Of a DNA stretch of 53,564 nt, positions 39,222-47,711 are shown one piece after another; the stretch's first letter is position 1, and each line of letters opens with the position of its first letter. The DNA lies in the IMG/VR virus record IMGVR_UViG_3300032893_000063, positions 1 through 53,564 of that record. The stretch is one strand, 5' to 3'. The position numbers were made by a program, and so were the translations under genes. This stretch comes from a virus (Duplodnaviria > Caudoviricetes). The notes under the pieces are model-generated. The model had not been told where the DNA came from. It made no database searches and saw only the letters and a program-made list of their open reading frames with translations.

Positions 39222-41939
39222 ATGGCGGGTCTAGAAAACTTATTCGCTGCGGAACCTACACTTCCTAATGTCCAAACGACAAAACTGCCCGATGATCCGC
39301 AGCAATGGGCTGAAGTAATCACCACCCGGCTAAGAGAGCAGTATCCTGAAGTAACCCGGTTGCCACTCACCGTAGAATATCGCAAGAAAGACCCACAAAG
39401 CGGGACAGCGATCGGTGCAGTTCAGGTTTCTGACCCCGGGACAGGGCGCAGTCTTTTTGTTCCTATTATCGTAAAGAAGTTTGAACTCTATCCTCTCGAC
39501 ATCTGGATGGAGGCTAAGACGCAGGAAGTTCACCCGCTCACGAATGATACTTTTAAAGAAGAGTTCTTTGCTACCTCGATGTCAGATGGCCTTGACCAGC
39601 GCCCATTCGATGCCGCAGGCCAGTACTTCAACGATCCTTCTCTTTGGACCACCAACTACCCGCCTCTTCAGGGCCGTTACAGCTATGCCTCAGCAGGGTT
39701 TGAAATCCTCGATCAGATCTCAGACACCATTACTCCTGAACAAGTAGAAGCTTTCCGTAAGATCCTAGAAAAGCATGCCTACGTCATCCCCAAGTTTAAG
39801 GCGATGAAGAAGGCTGCCAACGCTCTTGAAGCGGTCACTAAGATCGCTCAGATGCAGAGGTCCAAAGTTCATACTAATGATTTTGGAATCTCTGCTTCTA
39901 AGCTCATCCCGGTTGGAGCTGCCTACGTCAAGCGTGAGGGCTACGACAAGTACTCTGTTATTTCTATGGCAGACCAGCTTTTCGATATCTCTGCCAGCGA
40001 GTACATGAACCGTGAGGACTGCGCTAAGTTTCTCTCCAAGATCTATCCTAAGCCTTGGGACTTCCTCCATGAAGTTGATCAAGAAGGCGAAAAGATGATC
40101 ATCATGAAGAAGGCTCCTGAAAAGGGAGTTTTCCTCTATGATGACATTCGCCCCAATGCGGAGGCAGCTAATGAGTTTGCTGTTTACGACGTTCGTAATA
40201 AGGCTGGCATGCACGTACTTGGCGTTGTTATTCCTTATGTTGTTGATTTTAGTGGTAAGAAGGTAAATCAAAAACTCTTCCTAAGCGAACAGCACTCCTG
40301 CATGCAATCCGGAATTGCTGGAGTAAAGCGCGAGAATAGCGATCATTTTCTTAAGATGTTCCGCCACCCCAGAGCTGCTCGCGTGGGCCAAACAGGAACG
40401 TTCATCTTTATTGATGACGGGAAAGCGGTAGCCACGGTACCCGTGACCATCAAGGCTATCGAAGAACACGGCCCTATTACCGCTATTACTCTTGATGGAC
40501 AAAAGATTAAGATCAAGAGGAGCTATTCTGACGATGCCATGTCTGAGCCCGTAGGCCCAGCCATGAAAAAGAAGCCTAATTTTCTTGATGCCCACGGAAT
40601 GGTCGAGGTTCGTCCGAAAGAGTACATCATTCCTCGCAGAATGACTTGGTATCCGATGGAAGGGTTTCAGGATGTCACTGCGACCCCCGACGAATACATT
40701 AAAGAAGCTTCGGCTGAAAAGCTTGAGCTTGACCCGCTGGTGATCCGCTGGACTGGGATTGTCTACGATGTCTCTGGGGCAGGAATGGAGAAGGTCTCTC
40801 TTGATGAAAGAAGGACTAAGCTTCTTCTAGCTACTCGCGGAGCAACGCTCGATAAGATCGCACAGATCATCAAAAAAGCCAGAGAACACGGAAAAGCCAA
40901 GGTCCACGGAACCCTTCCTCTTCGAAAGAAGGCAGATATCATCAAGTACGCGCAGGAAATTTATGCTGACCTTGAGAAGATCTGCTCTGGCTTAAGATCG
41001 GATCTTGTGAAGGAAGCTGCTGAGATCGACGATGCCATGACTGTCGATGCTCTTCTCTCGCTTGGATTTATCAACCCAGAGAACCTGGCGAAGTTCGTCT
41101 CTTACCGCCCAGTTCTAGTTAAGGTTCTTGATTACCTGGCAGAGCTCACCTTGGCTGCCCGACTAGGTCTTAAGGATCTAACAGAGTCAGCTCTTGTTAC
41201 GGCAATGGGAAGACTCCAGGAAGTGGTTGAGGGCTTAAAGAAGGTTGAGAACGGTCTTAAGAAGCCTAGTATTAAGACCGCTGCAGCAAAGGCAGCGCCT
41301 GGAATTATGCAGACCCTCAGTAAAGAACTTACTCCGCGCACACCAGAGGGCAGAAAGTTTGTGGCTGGGGCTGGACGGTTTGCAAGAAGAGCTGCTCCCA
41401 TCGCCGTCGGAGGATACATTGCCGGTAAGGCTCTTGGACATGACAAGCAAGGTGCAGCAACATGCCCAGCCTGCAAAAAGAAAGGTTGCGAATGCGGAGG
41501 CAAGTGCTCCTGCTGCAAAGAACACGCAAAAAAGCTTTCTGGAAAAGGAGTTGCTGAGGGCATCTATACCGCAGAGAAAAAGGCAGCCGCAGCCAAAGAG
41601 AAACCAAACGCTATGGTTCAGGCTGAACAAGCGCAAGGACCAGGAGCTCCCATGGGAGCCCTTCCCCCGGGTATGCCGGGAGTATCTGCCCACAGCAAAG
41701 CCCACTCTGGTAATCCTAAGGGAGAAAATCCCTTTGCCGACGGAATGGCTGATGGTGAGATGGGCACCCACATGTACATTGATAAGTGGAGAAGAGATGC
41801 TAAGGCCATGCTTCAGTACATGAACGGCAAGCGTATCTCTGAGCAAAATAAAGCCACCTCAGGAATGGCTCTTGGAATCCCGCCAAAGGGTGCGCCGAAG
41901 CCTAAGCAGCCGGGAGCAGCTGGCGGAACGAAAAAGTGA
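39222..41939 (+). CDS. Large putative head/core protein with KxA motifs and a Cys-rich segment
   Basis: 905 aa; KEAS, KEAA, KTAA; CPACKKKGCECGGKCSCCKEH. Confidence 0.55.
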   Translation: MAGLENLFAAEPTLPNVQTTKLPDDPQQWAEVITTRLREQYPEVTRLPLTVEYRKKDPQSGTAIGAVQVSDPGTGRSLFVPIIVKKFELYPLDIWMEAKTQEVHPLTNDTFKEEFFATSMSDGLDQRPFDAAGQYFNDPSLWTTNYPPLQGRYSYASAGFEILDQISDTITPEQVEAFRKILEKHAYVIPKFKAMKKAANALEAVTKIAQMQRSKVHTNDFGISASKLIPVGAAYVKREGYDKYSVISMADQLFDISASEYMNREDCAKFLSKIYPKPWDFLHEVDQEGEKMIIMKKAPEKGVFLYDDIRPNAEAANEFAVYDVRNKAGMHVLGVVIPYVVDFSGKKVNQKLFLSEQHSCMQSGIAGVKRENSDHFLKMFRHPRAARVGQTGTFIFIDDGKAVATVPVTIKAIEEHGPITAITLDGQKIKIKRSYSDDAMSEPVGPAMKKKPNFLDAHGMVEVRPKEYIIPRRMTWYPMEGFQDVTATPDEYIKEASAEKLELDPLVIRWTGIVYDVSGAGMEKVSLDERRTKLLLATRGATLDKIAQIIKKAREHGKAKVHGTLPLRKKADIIKYAQEIYADLEKICSGLRSDLVKEAAEIDDAMTVDALLSLGFINPENLAKFVSYRPVLVKVLDYLAELTLAARLGLKDLTESALVTAMGRLQEVVEGLKKVENGLKKPSIKTAAAKAAPGIMQTLSKELTPRTPEGRKFVAGAGRFARRAAPIAVGGYIAGKALGHDKQGAATCPACKKKGCECGGKCSCCKEHAKKLSGKGVAEGIYTAEKKAAAAKEKPNAMVQAEQAQGPGAPMGALPPGMPGVSAHSKAHSGNPKGENPFADGMADGEMGTHMYIDKWRRDAKAMLQYMNGKRISEQNKATSGMALGIPPKGAPKPKQPGAAGGTKK

Positions 41940-42109
41940 GTTTCACAAAGGGACTAAAGAAGCTCGCTCTTAGTAAATCCACCATTCAAAGAGCTGCACA
42001 AGCCGCCGAGAAGAAGGTTGGGCGTATGCCTCCAGGCATGCGTAATTACGCTCATATGAAGCCTGTGGAGCAGTTTAATCGGTTCCAAAAGGCATTGGCG
42101 AAGAAATAG
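41936..42109 (+). CDS. 57-aa basic protein, FxxGFxKTA-like (not in ORF track)
   Basis: GTGA overlap; MSFTKGLKKLALSKS... Confidence 0.6.
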   Translation: MSFTKGLKKLALSKSTIQRAAQAAEKKVGRMPPGMRNYAHMKPVEQFNRFQKALAKK

Positions 42110-42126
42110 CGCCGCGTCAAGATCAT

Positions 42127-42156
42127 TTGACATTTCGCCACGCACCCCTCAATACT
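42127..42156 (+). promoter_or_regulatory. sigma70-like promoter TTGACA-N18-AATACT
   Basis: Perfect -35 directly before the 42165 start. Confidence 0.45.
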
Positions 42157-42164
42157 AAAGAGGT

Positions 42165-43073
42165 ATGAACCTACCCTACCATCGTGCTCTTCTATGGCTT
42201 TATGTGGAGAATCACGATGAGCATCACATCAAGCAGCAGTTCGATGAGGTAACGCTGCCTCTTCCGGATAAAGACGTTTTACAAGATCACCAGGAGCTCG
42301 CAACCAAGCTCCCGCTCTCTCCTTTGACACAAAAAAGAGTTCAACAAAAGAAGTATGACGAGAACGACCACAAGATCCTTCAGAAACTAGGATTTGAGGA
42401 GATCTACCTCAAATCAGTGGAACGGGCTCCTGAAGAGTGGGAGGAAGTTTCAAGGCTTCTTAGAAATCCAGTCTGTCGCGTGGCTATAGATGTAGGGATT
42501 CTCTGCCGCTATAGCGTGGAGGATTTGGCCCAGATTATCCCCGTGACTTTCCAGGAGAAAGTCACCGAGACGGGACTTAAGCTCTACCATAAATACTTTT
42601 TTGACCACACAAGGATGACTAAGGCAGATTGGAGAGCCTATCTTCGGATCTGTGCAGAGATTCCTTATCTCTATATCAGGCTTCACACCGCATTGACCAA
42701 ACCCAAGAAAGAGGCGATGTATTTAGCCGGGCTCCCATCGAAACCCGCTTTTACTGAATTCTTGAAGAATGTTCTTGCGACGGCTGAATACAAGTTTGAT
42801 TTCTACTCCCGCCACAACAACAAGGAATCAGATTCCCAAGCTCGCTCCTGGGCCAAAGTTGGATTTGATGCCGGAGTTCGCTACGAGCGCTTCTCTTCAA
42901 GTGATGTCACTGACTTCTCTAAAGCAGTCCAAACTGAGTTTGAATCTTTAAGAAACGACATGCCTACGATTTCCACTGAGATGCTAAGTGAAGTAAAGCC
43001 TACCGGAAACGAGGGAGAAGAAAAGGTTCAAGCCCCTGTCGAGCCCACTTTGTTCCCTGACTCAGAGCCCTAA
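42165..43073 (+). CDS. Hypothetical protein, possible terminase small subunit
   Basis: 302-aa helical protein upstream of TerL; positional inference only. Confidence 0.45.
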   Translation: MNLPYHRALLWLYVENHDEHHIKQQFDEVTLPLPDKDVLQDHQELATKLPLSPLTQKRVQQKKYDENDHKILQKLGFEEIYLKSVERAPEEWEEVSRLLRNPVCRVAIDVGILCRYSVEDLAQIIPVTFQEKVTETGLKLYHKYFFDHTRMTKADWRAYLRICAEIPYLYIRLHTALTKPKKEAMYLAGLPSKPAFTEFLKNVLATAEYKFDFYSRHNNKESDSQARSWAKVGFDAGVRYERFSSSDVTDFSKAVQTEFESLRNDMPTISTEMLSEVKPTGNEGEEKVQAPVEPTLFPDSEP

Positions 43074-43504
43074 TAGTCAACTATTTTATGCTTAGAACGT
43101 TTATCGAGGGGGCCTCTATGTTTAGAGGAACGCTGAGCTCTGTTGCCAATGCTGATGAACATGTGCCACTTTTATGCCCCGCATCTAAACGTTGACGACC
43201 CATGTAAGGCTTCAGTACCCTTAAAAAAAGGACATCGAAGGGATCTATGAGGGCTATGTGCATCCATAGAAATAGATGTATACCATAGAGAAATTTTTTA
43301 TATAGAACCCCCATTTTTTAGATTTTTTATTACCGTATGGCTCTCTATGATTTTTAGGGGCACATGGCCCACGCGTACACCCGTGCAGAGCGTTACGAAA
43401 ATAGACCGACAAAAAGAGTTCAATTTGTCGTAGGGGAACACTAGCAACTATAGCGTTGTATATATTAACCGGCGAAGCCCTCTAAGATCGTGTAACTTAA
43501 AACC

Positions 43505-45127
43505 ATGAGCGGACTAAGTATCGAAAAAGAGTTCCTAAAGAACGGGGACGTTAAGACTAAACTCAAAGCTCTGAAGACAGATTGGATCTCTAGGCTTGTC
43601 TACCTCGACGGGAAACCCTTTAGCTTTAGCGGTCGCAACTATCTTCTTCCAATCTATAACAATCCCTCATCTCGTAAGCTTTTAATGTGTGGTCGTCAGG
43701 TTGAAAAGACGACTATGCTTGCCAACGAAATCATTATCAGTTCGGTCATTCAGCCCTACTATAAAACCCTCTATGTTAGTCCGAGCCATAGCCAGACCAG
43801 AGCTTTTTCAAACCAGAAGCTCAAGCCATGGATTACGGACTCTCCTATTATTTCGAAATACTTCCAGTCATCCAAGATTTCTCAGCAGGTTTTTGAGCGT
43901 GGATTTACAAACGGGAGTTTGTGTTTTTTAAGATCAGCCTTCCTTACCGCCGACCGTGTTCGTGGTCTTTCCTCCTACATGCTTTGCTTAGATGAGCTCC
44001 AGGACTTACTCACTTCTAATATCCCGGTCATTGAAGAGTGCCTCTCCCACGCACCCAACCCGATTGAAATCATGTCAGGCACCCCTAAGAGCCTAGAGAA
44101 TCCCATCCAGCTTTACTGGGAGGGTTCTAGCCAATGTGAATGGCTTGTTCCGTGTGATCACCACACGCCCGTTTACTACAACTACCTCGATGAGCAGAAT
44201 ATAGGACTTGATGGACCCATATGTAAAAAATGCGGGAATCCCATCGATCCGGCAAGGGGACAGTGGGTTGCCTTTAGCAGTGAAAGAGAAATCATGGGCT
44301 ATAGAATCAGCCAGCTCATGGTTCCCTGGTATCAGGACCCCAGAAAGTGGAAGGAACTCGTCTGGAAAAAAGAGAATCTTTCTAAGGGAAGCCTTTATAA
44401 CGAATGCTTGGGAATCAGCTACGACTCCGCAAGTAAGCCCATTACTCGGGCGGAACTCATCTCCTGTTGCTCAACCAAACATCAGTTCTGCCACCGCCCA
44501 ACTCAGTTTACTAATCGTGTTGAGCTTTTTGCTGGAGTAGATTGGGGTGAAGGAACAGACGGGACCGAGCGAGGGGCCAAGGGAAAGATCAGAAACGCGT
44601 CTTACACAGTTCTCGCCATTGGGCTTTATCTTGATCAAAAGCACTTTCATTATCTCTACTATAGACGCTTTGAAGGCAAGGATGCTCTCCCAGGTAACTG
44701 TGTGAATGAGATTATTCGAATCTGCAAGGACTTCCGCGTGAAGTGTATCGGAGCTGACTGGGGTCATGGGTGGGGAGTAAACGAAAGACTTGAAGAGGCT
44801 TTTGGTACCACGAGAGTGATTAAGTTTCAGCACGTGGGAAACCAGAGACAGCGCAAGAAATACGACGAAATCGGGCACAAGTTTCAGCTAGCTCGAAACG
44901 AAGTCATCACCGATTTCATCATGGATATCAAAGACCACAAGATCGTTTGGCCCGATTGGGAACACGTAAAAAATTATCTTTGCGATCTGGAACATATTTA
45001 CTGCGAATATAAAGAGGCTACTCGACAGATGGTCTATGACCACAAGCCCAGCGAACCCGACGATGCACTTCATGCTTCGATCTACTGCAAAGAAGCGGCG
45101 GATAACTATTACGGGAAGCAGCGATAA
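43505..45127 (+). CDS. terL: Terminase large subunit (GpA-like)
   Basis: GRQVEKTT Walker A, LCLDE Walker B, SGTPK, CDH...CKKC, AGVDWG nuclease, PDDALHA. Confidence 0.9.
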   Translation: MSGLSIEKEFLKNGDVKTKLKALKTDWISRLVYLDGKPFSFSGRNYLLPIYNNPSSRKLLMCGRQVEKTTMLANEIIISSVIQPYYKTLYVSPSHSQTRAFSNQKLKPWITDSPIISKYFQSSKISQQVFERGFTNGSLCFLRSAFLTADRVRGLSSYMLCLDELQDLLTSNIPVIEECLSHAPNPIEIMSGTPKSLENPIQLYWEGSSQCEWLVPCDHHTPVYYNYLDEQNIGLDGPICKKCGNPIDPARGQWVAFSSEREIMGYRISQLMVPWYQDPRKWKELVWKKENLSKGSLYNECLGISYDSASKPITRAELISCCSTKHQFCHRPTQFTNRVELFAGVDWGEGTDGTERGAKGKIRNASYTVLAIGLYLDQKHFHYLYYRRFEGKDALPGNCVNEIIRICKDFRVKCIGADWGHGWGVNERLEEAFGTTRVIKFQHVGNQRQRKKYDEIGHKFQLARNEVITDFIMDIKDHKIVWPDWEHVKNYLCDLEHIYCEYKEATRQMVYDHKPSEPDDALHASIYCKEAADNYYGKQR

Positions 45128-45168
45128 CTAAAAAATTAAAGTGGTGGGGGATCGAGTCCCCCACCACT
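45127..45168 (-). terminator. Intrinsic terminator closing the RAMP-array unit
   Basis: 12-bp stem agtggtggggga/tcccccaccact followed on - by TTAATTTTTTAGTT. Confidence 0.85.
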
Positions 45169-45190
45169 AGGCATTTCAAGAGGTGCATGC

Positions 45191-45619
45191 CTGCCCCTCC
45201 AGTCCCGTCGTCTACAGACCTTTCCCATCTACTGCTGCCTCTCTCCGCCATTCCACTCCAGTACTTGCTTGTGACCGCGTATCCGCTCTCCGCGCTTCCA
45301 ATATCCTCCATTACTGCCTTTCCCGTAATGTCCAACCCTCTCAAGTCATCTGGCGGCCACTCCGCTCCTTTACTGCCCTTCCCTTCCACTTAATTCGCTA
45401 CCGGTACGATGACGTCCGGGCGCTTACGATCCGGTTCTGCCATTCAGGTCCTATCTGATCGGTGCGCTTCCGTTACATTGCGATCCTCTACTGCCGATCC
45501 TGTGACCTCCAAGGGCGTCGTTACCGCTCCGCTCTAAGCGACTCGTCTCCCCTGCTGCCACTCCGGTGGAAGTCCATGCTGGTCCAGTCATGCGCAAACG
45601 TAGCCTATCCTTTTCTGCC
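45191..45619 (-). ncRNA. Putative guide-RNA array: 7 units of GGCAG-HA-NN-(GGA-like triplet+NN)n
   Basis: GGCAG starts at 45619, 45559, 45495, 45441, 45377, 45318, 45239, 45195; spacings 60, 64, 54, 64, 59, 79, 44 (5n+4 except the first); 27 of 72 pentamers begin GGA and 54 of 72 have A at position 3. Confidence 0.85.
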
Positions 45620-45630
45620 ATTTCATTAAT

Positions 45631-45667
45631 TTTGGTGGAGACCCGAGCGAGTCAGGCCCCCACCAAA
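45631..45667 (-). promoter_or_regulatory. Hairpin between the RAMP gene and the array (leader/processing element)
   Basis: tttggtgg/ccaccaaa stem. Confidence 0.55.
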
Positions 45668-45675
45668 TTCAATGA

Positions 45676-46305
45676 CTACCGGCGCTTTACTTCAAACATC
45701 CCGAGATTGCCACTCTTCTCAGGTCTGTACTCGCACAGACCAATCGAGAATCCGGCATTCTCATAGAGGTTCAGAAGTTGCTCCGCTGTGATGATATCGG
45801 GGCGATATTGGACGACAAATGTAATTTCCCACTTATCGAATCGCCCACGGGTTCGGGTAGCGGGCTTCTTGTTTCCAAAAGTCCCCACCCGAACCGTTCT
45901 TCGATCAACCTCTGGACGAGGCCCTCTGATTTCACAAAGACCTCCAGCCTCTTCAATAATGTGAAATGCTCCTTTTGCTTCAGTCATTGAGATCCCCTCA
46001 ATGAATCGGCAAGCAGACACCGCACAGTTCTTGATACCTGAAGCAGGAACTCCATATGAGTTTCTCTTCCCCGGCATTCGGTAAAGAGAGTCTTCAAATT
46101 CCTGTTCGACGGTCTTTGGGATTTTCTTTCCCTTGGCCACCTTTCGGTAACTGTCCTCGATCTCCTGCCTTGATTTCTCATCAAAGCGGTTAACGAGAAG
46201 AGGAGTGACCCCTCGAATGGTTATTTTTGCCAACTTTTTGTTGATTGGCGGAATAACGATTGTTTTTGACTCTTCCTTTTTGCTTTCCTGCTTTTTTCCT
46301 TTCAT
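45676..46305 (-). CDS. Cas7/RAMP-like RNA-binding protein
   Basis: ITIRGVTPLLVN first strand, VPASGIKNC helix start, WEITFVVQY strand, C-terminal Gly loop AGFSIGLCEYRPEKSGNLGMFEV. Confidence 0.75.
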   Translation of the reverse strand: MKGKKQESKKEESKTIVIPPINKKLAKITIRGVTPLLVNRFDEKSRQEIEDSYRKVAKGKKIPKTVEQEFEDSLYRMPGKRNSYGVPASGIKNCAVSACRFIEGISMTEAKGAFHIIEEAGGLCEIRGPRPEVDRRTVRVGTFGNKKPATRTRGRFDKWEITFVVQYRPDIITAEQLLNLYENAGFSIGLCEYRPEKSGNLGMFEVKRR

Positions 46306-46771
46306 ACCGTTTTTGCACCTCTTGTATTGCTTTGAAAACCGGTCTTAATTCCTTGACCTGCTCAAAGCGTTCATATCGAAGCTTCCAGCTTCGAAGACCT
46401 TGAATTGCTTCCTCAAGAACCTGGCTCCACAAATCTTTATCTTTGTAAGCTATGCTCGTATCTACATAAGTCCTTGTTTTACTAGTTCCCACGTAGACGC
46501 TTACAGACTTAGGAACATCCCTGACCCCGTTGACTTCGACAAATAGACACTGGATCAGTTTCCTTGCTTGTTGGAGCCTATAGAGTTCTGCAGCCCTGGA
46601 ATCGTCCCATTCAAAGTATTTGTGGATAGGTGAGTTTCCAGGTCTTGCTGCATCAACAATTTCTTTAGGAGTATAAACGCCGTCTGGAAATCGCCGATCT
46701 AAAAAGGCTCCGATGATTTTAGCGTCCCGGTTATTGAACGTAGTACCAGGACGTGCTGTATAATGTTTCAC
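46190..46771 (-). CDS. Conserved phage protein (FEWDD motif), partner of the RAMP gene
   Basis: TPKEIVDAARP..SPIHKYFEWDDSRAAELYRLQQARKLI; AAGGAG RBS with GTG start. Confidence 0.7.
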   Translation of the reverse strand: MKHYTARPGTTFNNRDAKIIGAFLDRRFPDGVYTPKEIVDAARPGNSPIHKYFEWDDSRAAELYRLQQARKLIQCLFVEVNGVRDVPKSVSVYVGTSKTRTYVDTSIAYKDKDLWSQVLEEAIQGLRSWKLRYERFEQVKELRPVFKAIQEVQKRYERKKAGKQKGRVKNNRYSANQQKVGKNNHSRGHSSSR

Positions 46772-46789
46772 GTTTTACTCCTTAATTAA

Positions 46790-46818
46790 GTGAGGGGAGC
46801 TCAGATGGCTCCCCTCAC
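46790..46818. terminator. Intergenic hairpin
   Basis: gtgaggggagc/gctcccctcac 11-bp stem. Confidence 0.55.
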
Positions 46819-46825
46819 GTACTGA

Positions 46826-47689
46826 TTAGTTCACCACAATCGACACAGGCGCAGTAAGCGTCGTGGGGATTGAGGCTGGCGCAGTATACGCCGATATCGA
46901 AAGGTACTGGGCCGGAGCCTGGTTACCTACCGGTATCGAAGTACAGGTGCCATTCATAGCGCGATAGGATGCCGCAGTCAGGGTCTGGATCGTATTCGTC
47001 GTACGATACACACCACCAGCCGTGAACTGGAAAGTCACATTTGCTGGCGCTTGCATCGCAGAAACGTAAGCCGATCCTGTGCAGGTGGACGAGGTGAAAT
47101 AAGTTTGCACCAGATTCCCACCCAGAGTCATGTTCGTATAAGTCACCGCAACTTGATTGGTCGTGTCCCATACCACATAAGTATAGGTTCCAACGTTTTG
47201 GTTATTATACGTACCGTTCCCGTTCCAAGCGCTTTGCAGCAAGCCATTACCCACCTCTACGCCGTTCGCATAGAGCGAGATTGAGCTTGTTGCAGGAGTT
47301 CCTGGGTTACCCTGAGGACCTTGCGGACCTTGTGGGCCTTGGGAACCTTGAGCACCTGCGACGCCTTGAGATCCTTGAGGACCTTGAGCGCCTGTTGCTC
47401 CGACAGCACCGGTAGCGCCCACAGCACCATTGACACCATTTGTGCCGTTGGTTCCGTTTGCGCCGTTGGCAATAAACGCACCACTCCCGTCGCCGCAGGA
47501 AATTTGAGCACCTCCTGTAGCGGCAGCAGCAGCAGAGCATCCATTGGTTTGCACAAGCATCTTAGTGGGCGAACTCACAGTAGAAGTGCTCACCGAACTC
47601 GTGCTTTGGATATCGGACGAACTATTGCAGCCAGTCGCAGCAACGAACATCAGCGTAAGGGCAGACACCATCAACATAGCGTTCTTCAT
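46826..47689 (-). CDS. Collagen-repeat lipoprotein
   Basis: Lipobox AATG-C; about 20 Gly-X-Y triplets; GGAGG RBS. Confidence 0.8.
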   Translation of the reverse strand: MKNAMLMVSALTLMFVAATGCNSSSDIQSTSSVSTSTVSSPTKMLVQTNGCSAAAAATGGAQISCGDGSGAFIANGANGTNGTNGVNGAVGATGAVGATGAQGPQGSQGVAGAQGSQGPQGPQGPQGNPGTPATSSISLYANGVEVGNGLLQSAWNGNGTYNNQNVGTYTYVVWDTTNQVAVTYTNMTLGGNLVQTYFTSSTCTGSAYVSAMQAPANVTFQFTAGGVYRTTNTIQTLTAASYRAMNGTCTSIPVGNQAPAQYLSISAYTAPASIPTTLTAPVSIVVN

Positions 47690-47711
47690 TTGGGCCTCCT
47701 TTGGTTATGAG

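Noticed and set aside
45018-45458. ORFs 45018..45389(-), 45183..45458(+) and 45187..45393(+) over the array
   Set aside because: No RBS, low-complexity translations, and a 5-nt period that is incompatible with codon structure; the - ORF runs through the terminator into terL
45191-45619. Classical CRISPR array
   Set aside because: No identical 25-40 nt repeats; the only constant is GGCAG plus the 5-nt phase; no cas1/cas2
47290-47470. 9-nt periodic DNA repeat as a second array
   Set aside because: Explained by collagen Gly-X-Y coding
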